The notes under the pieces: generated by a model
What the model saw: the letters and a program-made list of their open reading frames with translations, nothing else
The model's database searches: none
Told to the model about the DNA's origin: nothing
Position numbers and translations under genes: made by a program
DNA from: a virus
Taxonomy: Duplodnaviria; Caudoviricetes
Strand: one strand, 5' to 3'
IMG/VR virus record: IMGVR_UViG_2627853916_000003
Span: 27,868-91,867 of that record
Length of the DNA stretch: 64,000 nucleotides
In this document: one piece after another, positions 57,558 to 64,000 of the stretch
How the letters are laid out: each line of letters starts with the position of its first letter
How positions within the stretch are numbered: position 1 is the first letter of the stretch

Positions 57558-58061
57558 CTAGATAAGCCCTTGTACAACTAAAATCTCTTGCTCCTTACGG
57601 CGGTTAAAGTACGCAAACACCTCGTCCTTGGTGAATTGCTTGGATACCACTTTGCGGCGGCCACCTTGCGAGAAAACACGCTTAGCAATGTCCTCAGATA
57701 GCGTCCAACAAAGTGCGGTTTCGATTTCGGATTCGTCATTGATAGCGCGGTAGGCAGTGATCACCTTGGGTAGCTTGGCGAACGCCTTGCGCTCTGACGA
57801 CTTCATCACCTTGTGCTTGTTGCGTCTCGGGCACGTAAACAGGGACGACCAAACATATTGATGTTGGTGCGAGCCTTGCGCTTTCCATAGCGTTCCAAGT
57901 ACGTCCCAATAGGTTGAGTCGTCTTGGATAGCTGGCGCACTGCGAACAAAGAAATCGAGCTGATAACACTCAGGAATAGATAACAAACGGGAAATGATAT
58001 TGGAGTCGTTAACGTTAGCCACTTTGTACCTCTTTTTGTGCCGCCTCACACTGCTTGGCAA
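57558..58061 (-). CDS. Hypothetical phage protein
   Basis: LPKVITAYRA...CWTLS...RKEQEI (ADP-ribosyltransferase-like R-S-E spacing, weak). Confidence 0.55.
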   Translation of the reverse strand: MPSSVRRHKKRYKVANVNDSNIISRLLSIPECYQLDFFVRSAPAIQDDSTYWDVLGTLWKAQGSHQHQYVWSSLFTCPRRNKHKVMKSSERKAFAKLPKVITAYRAINDESEIETALCWTLSEDIAKRVFSQGGRRKVVSKQFTKDEVFAYFNRRKEQEILVVQGLI

Positions 58062-58087
58062 GGCGGCCTAACGTTATGATGTTTCAG

Positions 58088-58588
58088 TTAATGTATTGGA
58101 GAGACTAAAGGCTCATCGACTTTGCGTGCTTTTGAGCTCATTGACTCAAGAACGATCGCTATCAGCTCCATTGGCGATTGCTTTCCGGTTAGCTCCGGCT
58201 TACAAGCTCGGATAATCTCACTTTCAGCTCTGAACATTTCGGCCATTTTCTTATTGGCCAGCGTTGCCAAGGTGCTAGCGATGTACATCATGCGGCTATG
58301 CGCTTCCTCTCGGCTCTCACACGAACTCCATAGTGCTTTTGAGCATTCATTGGAAAATGTCAGTAGGCGCATATCTGACATGATCGTGTCCAGCATGCGA
58401 TTAAAACCAGACACAACCACTTCGGAGCATTCCCCCATACGTTCGCCAAGCGCAGTTCGAACCGCCTCACGTACACATCGAAAATGGTCGTAATAGAAGC
58501 TCTGACCCAAACAAACTCGTTGGTTTGCGCTATCGAATTTGAATGCCAGTCCTTTAACTAATCGCGTTCCGCAATGAAATTCAGTCAT
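58088..58588 (-). CDS. Hypothetical protein (paralogue of 59051-59632)
   Basis: FYYDHFRCVREAV motif. Confidence 0.6.
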   Translation of the reverse strand: MTEFHCGTRLVKGLAFKFDSANQRVCLGQSFYYDHFRCVREAVRTALGERMGECSEVVVSGFNRMLDTIMSDMRLLTFSNECSKALWSSCESREEAHSRMMYIASTLATLANKKMAEMFRAESEIIRACKPELTGKQSPMELIAIVLESMSSKARKVDEPLVSPIH

Positions 58589-59051
58589 TTTTCTGCTCGC
58601 TCTTAAAAAATACGTGACGATATTCCGGTTTGATTGGTTGCAAGCCCTCTACAGACTCCACTCGATCGCACTCTCGGAAGAACGACAAGATTGGACAGTA
58701 CGTTGGATTGATACCGCTCGTTACCTTGCACACTTCTTGGAACACTAGGGCGTTCTCATACTGCTCTGTTGAGCAAGCCGTGAAGAACATCGGATTGACC
58801 ACCAGCGAACCGCTAGAATCGGTTTTAGCAGCAGCGTTATTGGCAACAATCATTGGTACAGCCATCATCAATGCAGCGTTGGTCGCCGTGCTCGTTGTGC
58901 TGGTGGATATTCTTGTTGGCGTTACCGTGCGCACTGGCGTAGGTGCAATGCGTACTGGCGTTGGCGCTACGCGAACAGGTGTTACAACTGGTGCTGAATG
59001 CGCTTGAAAAGCGGCCAGCAAGGCCGCCGCTAGTGTGACTTTCTTAAGCAT
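58581..59051 (-). CDS. Secreted Pro/Thr-rich protein
   Basis: Signal peptide; PTPVR repeats; Cys-containing C-terminus. Confidence 0.6.
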   Translation of the reverse strand: MLKKVTLAAALLAAFQAHSAPVVTPVRVAPTPVRIAPTPVRTVTPTRISTSTTSTATNAALMMAVPMIVANNAAAKTDSSGSLVVNPMFFTACSTEQYENALVFQEVCKVTSGINPTYCPILSFFRECDRVESVEGLQPIKPEYRHVFFKSEQKND

Positions 59052-59632
59052 TAGTGAATTGTCTCCCCGCTAGTTGCAACTCGCTTCACGTCCTCAATTT
59101 TGAATGATTCATTTGAGCGCGTTTCCACTCTCAATGCGGTTAGCACGTCCATCACAATTGAAAGCAACTGCTTGGTATCTTCTGACGCACCACCAAGGCG
59201 TTCGTCTACTTTTTCGATGTTCTCTTTAAGGTTGTTAACTAAGAAGTCGCAAGCCTGTTGAGAAAGGTTAGATAGCACTTCTGGCAAGTGTTTTTGCGGA
59301 TCGAAATCTTCCTCGCCCTTATAGATGTATTCCAGTTCGTTAGCGGCTGCCATAGACGTTTGGAACAGCTTGTCGTCCATCAATAGGGTTTCAGCAATCT
59401 TGGTAGCAACTCCAATAACCACTTTAGGCGACACTGCATCTTTGTCGTTCTCGTCGTACTCGTAGGCGTTATTTACGTGCATTGGGATGGCTTGAAGAAC
59501 AATGTCTCGCACTGCACGGTAATGGTCGAAGTAGTATGGAGCCATCAAGATAACGCCGCCCGTTTCTGGATTAAAACCAACCATCATGTTGTTCAGCTTG
59601 CATTCGGTTTCAATTCTGTTTGGAGTATTCAT
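59051..59632 (-). CDS. Hypothetical protein
   Basis: YYFDHYRAVRDIV motif. Confidence 0.65.
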   Translation of the reverse strand: MNTPNRIETECKLNNMMVGFNPETGGVILMAPYYFDHYRAVRDIVLQAIPMHVNNAYEYDENDKDAVSPKVVIGVATKIAETLLMDDKLFQTSMAAANELEYIYKGEEDFDPQKHLPEVLSNLSQQACDFLVNNLKENIEKVDERLGGASEDTKQLLSIVMDVLTALRVETRSNESFKIEDVKRVATSGETIH

Positions 59633-59722
59633 GCCTATGCCTCTCGGTTTCTGGCTTAAACAAATCTATTAGGGGAAGTAGGAAGCAAGGGAGCGTTTGT
59701 CCCTTGCGGGTTTAAATTCTTG

Positions 59723-59920
59723 TCAGTATTTGTGGCTTTGATGTGCCAAGTGTGGGTATTCCTTTTCCAGCATGTACCCTTTGCTGCATTTCTCGCATCG
59801 ATGCGCAAACTCATTACCAATGCGCACCTTGCCTAGTCGAACTACATTGCCTTTGCACTGTTCGTCGTCGCATTGGTAGGTCACTAGCACGGCTGAAAAT
59901 GGCTTACACTTCTCGCTCAT
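59723..59920 (-). CDS. Small zinc-ribbon protein
   Basis: CDDEQC...HRCEKC. Confidence 0.6.
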   Translation of the reverse strand: MSEKCKPFSAVLVTYQCDDEQCKGNVVRLGKVRIGNEFAHRCEKCSKGYMLEKEYPHLAHQSHKY

Positions 59921-61320
59921 TTGCGCTTACCTCGCTTTTGGTTGCGTTTTGGCTTGCTTGGCTTCGCTGGCGCATCTGGAATACGGCCACCAGCGGAATG
60001 CAGTGCGTACTCAGTGTTGAATCGTTTGTTGATGCGCTTAATTAGGCTTACGTTGCGCGGTGCTAGCTCTTTCGCACGTTCAATGTGTGTTAGCGCTCGG
60101 TTTAGTTCGTATTGAGGCACGTAGTCGCTTAGGCGCTGCGCAATCTCTACTAGGTTCACTTGGGTACACCAATCCAAATCTAGGACTTTGGCCACACTGA
60201 CCACTTTCTTAGTGCGCTTAACCGCTTGTTCGATGGCTGTCTCGATTTTAGCGACTGGCACTTGCTTAGCGGCCTCGGTAAATTCTTCCCAATACTCTTG
60301 TGGAAGTAGGCAAGATTCGTGTACCAGCTTAGAAATGCACAATGAGCCATCTTCGCCGATGTAAGCCGTATGGCCAGCGCCAGTGACGGTGTTCATTAGG
60401 TAAATCAGACCAAAACGGTGATCGGGTTTGCCTAGACCGCCTTGAGGTTGAATCGCGGTAGACTTGCAAAGCATGTACGCTTGCCAATCGCCACCTTTCC
60501 ACACGGATTTAAGATCGTGGTATTGAACCGCTTCACCTAGATATAGGTTGTCATTGCGTAGTTCTTCGTTTTCATGGGTAACGATCGCTGCGTAGGCCAA
60601 CACCTCATCGATGTTGTGCATCACGTAGTGATAGTTCTCGTCAGCGTTTCGCAATCCCTCGGTCATGCTGTTGATTTGCTCGGTTTGGTTGGCCACCAGC
60701 TCACTTAGCATTTTGATGTGTTCTTTGCTCTGTGTTAGCTCAGTTTCAGCGGCCTTGTTAGCCTCATCCAGTGTCGCGTTCTTAGCGGCGGTTGCTTTGC
60801 GCTTGTCCTCGGCAATGCGTAGTTGCTCTTGAACACTCGCAAGTTGCTGGTTTAGCGCTTCCAGTTCGCCAGATGATGCCACTTGGTTAGCCAATGCAGC
60901 GGCTACCTTGTTCTCCACCAGCTTAGGAATGCCGTCCAGTTCTTGATTAGCGTGACGCAATTCAGTGTTAAGGCGTTTGATCTCTGCCTCTAGGCGTTGG
61001 TTGTCTTTGCCTAGACGTTCGTTTTCTTCGCGTAGCTCGGTTGCAATCTGCTCGGCCTCGTTACGCTTTTTACGCATAACCTCAGTGCCAGCCATTGCGC
61101 GGTCACGCGCTGCAAGGATTTCGGTACGTTCATCAAGCATTGCCTGATATTTTTGCTTTAGCGCCTCGTCGGCCTTGGCCGTGCGTTGGGATAGTTTGAA
61201 TTGCAAGTCATCAATGATGTGTTGCATCAAACCAACAAGCGGGATCTCAAATTCTTTGATTTCAATTGGCGAATTTTCAGGAAGTCCCCACGGAAGCTCT
61301 ACAGTAAAAACATCGCTCAT
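59917..61320 (-). CDS. Long coiled-coil protein
   Basis: Extended heptads over residues ~30-260. Confidence 0.7.
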   Translation of the reverse strand: MSDVFTVELPWGLPENSPIEIKEFEIPLVGLMQHIIDDLQFKLSQRTAKADEALKQKYQAMLDERTEILAARDRAMAGTEVMRKKRNEAEQIATELREENERLGKDNQRLEAEIKRLNTELRHANQELDGIPKLVENKVAAALANQVASSGELEALNQQLASVQEQLRIAEDKRKATAAKNATLDEANKAAETELTQSKEHIKMLSELVANQTEQINSMTEGLRNADENYHYVMHNIDEVLAYAAIVTHENEELRNDNLYLGEAVQYHDLKSVWKGGDWQAYMLCKSTAIQPQGGLGKPDHRFGLIYLMNTVTGAGHTAYIGEDGSLCISKLVHESCLLPQEYWEEFTEAAKQVPVAKIETAIEQAVKRTKKVVSVAKVLDLDWCTQVNLVEIAQRLSDYVPQYELNRALTHIERAKELAPRNVSLIKRINKRFNTEYALHSAGGRIPDAPAKPSKPKRNQKRGKRK

Positions 61321-61376
61321 AGGAAAATTTCTCTACTACTCAAAAATTGGGATAAGGGAATAGGGTTAAAGTTTTC

Positions 61377-61676
61377 TTATTCTTGGTTAGCAAAGCGCTC
61401 TAGGCGTTCTTCTAAGTCATCCAACCAAACCAGTATTTCGCTACCTTTGTGAACGTAGTCGAGATCGCTGTCTTGGATTAGATTGGCCACCTCACGCGAA
61501 CACCCGTTTACCTCTGCCGCTATTGCGCGGTTACTGAAATAGAAAGCATTCGGTGTGTCAGTAAAGTCCGTTTCGCCTGTCGCTTCGCGCATTTCCATAA
61601 GCGCTTTAGTGGTCATTCGACGTAGTACAATCAGTAAGTCGTCTTGGTTTGCTAACGCTACGTTTTGTTTGCTCAT
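61377..61676 (-). CDS. Hypothetical protein
   Basis: 99 aa ORF after ssb. Confidence 0.6.
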   Translation of the reverse strand: MSKQNVALANQDDLLIVLRRMTTKALMEMREATGETDFTDTPNAFYFSNRAIAAEVNGCSREVANLIQDSDLDYVHKGSEILVWLDDLEERLERFANQE

Positions 61677-61680
61677 CGTC

Positions 61681-62223
61681 TTAAGCCGCCACGTAACTCA
61701 ACATCTTGTAATGACGAAACTCGTTTTGGAACGGTATGTCATCGTCAAAGTCCATTGGTGGCTCGTTATACTGCTGTTGAGGCTGTCCCCAACCACCCTG
61801 CTGTTGCTGTGGCTGTTGTGGTTGCTGTGGTTGACCCCAACCGCCTTGCTGCTGTTGGCCACCAGCACGGTTACTGCCGCCTAGCATTTGCATCACACCA
61901 TTGAAGCCTTGAACCACTACCTCAGTGCTGTAACGATCTTGGCCTTGCTGGTCTTTCCATTTGCGAGTCTGTAATTGACCCTCGATGTAAACTTGTGAGC
62001 CTTTGTGTAGGAACTCTCCCGCCACTTCGGCCAACTTGCCGAACAACACAACGCGATGCCACTCGGTTTTTTCTCGGTTCTCGCCTGACGCTTTATCGCG
62101 CCAAGTTTCGGATGTAGCGACCGTGATATTCGCTACTGCGCCGCCATTTGGTAGGTATCGAATTTCGGGATCTGAACCCAAGTTACCAACCAGAATGACC
62201 TTGTTAATACCTCTTGAAGCCAT
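61681..62223 (-). CDS. ssb: Single-stranded DNA-binding protein with C-terminal extension
   Basis: [16 protein letters not shown]...DFDDDIPF followed by 15 extra residues. Confidence 0.97.
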   Translation of the reverse strand: MASRGINKVILVGNLGSDPEIRYLPNGGAVANITVATSETWRDKASGENREKTEWHRVVLFGKLAEVAGEFLHKGSQVYIEGQLQTRKWKDQQGQDRYSTEVVVQGFNGVMQMLGGSNRAGGQQQQGGWGQPQQPQQPQQQQGGWGQPQQQYNEPPMDFDDDIPFQNEFRHYKMLSYVAA

Positions 62224-62226
62224 TCG

Positions 62227-62529
62227 TTAATCTCCGGTATCTCTCTTTACCGCTTCGTCTCTGTTAGAAATCGCATCACCAAAGAACAAATAACCCACGT
62301 CTGTACTTGTGTAGACCGCTATCAGTTCTAGGTTTTGCACCCTTGGGTTCACTTCGCCATTCTCGATTTTTCGATAAGTGTCTGGTGATAGCCCAATTAA
62401 CCGACTCATTTCGAGTATGGTTAAATCTGCATGCCGTCTCGCTCGCTTGATTCTTGCTGCGCGTTGCTGTCGATACTCTAGCGACTGGATTCGAGCGGCC
62501 TGTTTAGTCTTTTCGTCTCGCATTTTCAT
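62227..62529 (-). CDS. XRE-family HTH regulator
   Basis: IKRARRHADLT...YRKIENGEVNP. Confidence 0.85.
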   Translation of the reverse strand: MKMRDEKTKQAARIQSLEYRQQRAARIKRARRHADLTILEMSRLIGLSPDTYRKIENGEVNPRVQNLELIAVYTSTDVGYLFFGDAISNRDEAVKRDTGD

Positions 62530-62935
62530 AGAAACTCTCTACTTCACTAGCTAGTCGTTCTTCCTCGGTTGTGGTCGCCTTAATCAATGCAACGCGATAT
62601 TCCCATAACCGATTCTTTGACCAATCGAGGCAGAGCTTTTGCCACTTGATAACGGCAACCGGATCGGAAAGGTCGTAACCAGTTCCAAAACAGCTACAGC
62701 ACTCCCACTTGCTAAATAACGACTTGGTGTAACCAGTGCCATTGCAAGTCGGGCAGCGATCCGGCTTGTCGTCCAATGTCACATCGGCGTCTTGTAACCG
62801 GTTCGCCAGAGCTTCGCGTTCGTCCGTAAGCTCAATGCCCTCGAATGTGTCCAGGATTGATGGCGATCTTTCATCCCGCTCTCTTTGTCGCTGTTCCAGT
62901 TGAGATCGCTTAATGTCTGAAATTTCGTTATCCAT
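62504..62935 (-). CDS. DnaJ-type zinc-finger protein
   Basis: CPTCNGTG and CCSCFGTG. Confidence 0.7.
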   Translation of the reverse strand: MDNEISDIKRSQLEQRQRERDERSPSILDTFEGIELTDEREALANRLQDADVTLDDKPDRCPTCNGTGYTKSLFSKWECCSCFGTGYDLSDPVAVIKWQKLCLDWSKNRLWEYRVALIKATTTEEERLASEVESFYENARRKD

Positions 62936-62940
62936 TTTCC

Positions 62941-62951
62941 ATTCCGAACAC
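62941..62951 (-). promoter_or_regulatory. Putative C1-type operator
   Basis: ATTCCGAACAC 5 nt upstream of the start of the early operon. Confidence 0.65.
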
Positions 62952-63075
62952 ATCAATTTAAGCGGAGTATATACCCACAATAAAAACATTGCAAAAAGTA
63001 TTGATACAAAAACCGAAACGATGTATTTTTGTTTTCAGCAAACAGGCAAACAGACTCATATGAGGAAATCAGCAA

Positions 63076-63309
63076 ATGTCAGAGAACAACAGCAAAAAAG
63101 TTCACGACCAAATCCAAGCAGACGTTAAAGAGTACATGACCAACACCTCGAACAGCGTCTTAGACTTCGCTTTGGCCAATGCAATTAAGAGCGGTCAGAA
63201 CAACCTAAATGACTTGTGCAAAAAGTGGCGAATCCCTGTAGATAAGCTACTTAGCAAGATAAACACTTCTCTTTTCAAAGTGGATGATGATAAAATCCAC
63301 CTCGCATAG
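63076..63309 (+). CDS. Hypothetical protein
   Basis: ORF with GAGG RBS. Confidence 0.55.
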   Translation: MSENNSKKVHDQIQADVKEYMTNTSNSVLDFALANAIKSGQNNLNDLCKKWRIPVDKLLSKINTSLFKVDDDKIHLA

Positions 63310-64000
63310 ACGGATACGTTTAGCTATCGGGATAAGAGTAATAGAAAGCTTCGGGGAAACTCGAAGCCTTTTTTTCGCCTCAATACTTAATCCGAATGTT
63401 CAAAAGTTTAAGGCACAAAAAAAAGCGCCTACTCATAGAGCAAGCACTTTACATTCGGAATTTCAAACAACACCCACCAGCAACAAAAACACATAAGAAA
63501 AATAAGAAATATAAATATCATCTGTCGCTTTTCAAAAACAAAATAAACGAGGTGTAAGCTAAATCACCTATACATTTTCAGCGAACCTGTACACTTTTAA
63601 TAAGGGCAGAGATCGTCGTAGCAACTTTAGGATTTGCAACTATTCAATAGTTAGTACCAATCGAGCAGTTGCCTACATTGCGGTTTGTAGTTCATTTTGA
63701 ACAGAGAGAACAGGTTTGAGAATAAGCCTCGTCCGTTGGGAGCGGTTTCCTAGATGCTAATAGTTGCACCTGATATAGTTGCTTCAACAAACTGACTCCT
63801 GACTGTTTCGCTGCGCATCGACTCCAAATAGTTGAGTTTAATGCTGCTAACGGATAACTTGATGGAAGCCCATTTTGATGAATTGGTTAAAAAAAGCGTT
63901 TTTCACCTCATGTGTCGTGAGAGTTTCCGGTTAAATTTAAGATGTTATATAATCGGCCTAGTTTGAATATGATGGAGCTACATACACAACGTCGAATGTT

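Noticed and set aside
765-63496. Many antisense or overlapping ORFs in the six-frame track
   Set aside because: Shadows of longer genes on the opposite strand or frame, without RBS or motifs
1-64000. tRNA/rRNA genes, IS elements, LexA boxes
   Set aside because: No cloverleaf, transposase or convincing CTGT-N8-ACAG found by eye; a tool-based scan could still find some

Overview
The whole window is part of a P1-like (Punavirus-related) myovirus phage-plasmid, most likely from a Vibrio host (Vibrio-type AphA, SSB and Csp homologues; Qrr-like RNA). Positions 1-28.6 kb, mostly minus strand, hold virion genes in P1 order: tail fibres, R, gp16, bplA, pmgA, sit, pmgB, tub, pmgC, bplB, pmgG, gp21, sheath, capsid, lysis genes, PAAR, gp5/6/24/7/25/26, mat and ref. 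An accessory region spans 28.7-44.7 kb. It is followed by a lox-like site, a coi-like ORF, c1, pacB/pacA, a defence/toxin-antitoxin insert and early genes (Dam-like MTase, HU/IHF pair, VRR-NUC, SSB). P1 names rest on synteny, size and recalled motifs, not on database searches. Most notable: (1) a candidate quorum-sensing hijack module made of a Qrr-like sRNA under a repressor-operator-gated sigma70 promoter, an AphA homologue and an AphA-box match upstream of the coi-like gene; (2) split, apparently inactive paralogues of the phage's own terminase; (3) about 15 copies of an asymmetric operator (GTGTTCGGAAT); (4) a parS-like palindrome array, two lox-like sites, a GATC-flanked pac candidate, a probable +1 tail-chaperone frameshift, a chained tail-fibre architecture and repeat-bounded accessory cassettes. 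No repA, parAB, portal, tRNA or CRISPR array was seen in this window.
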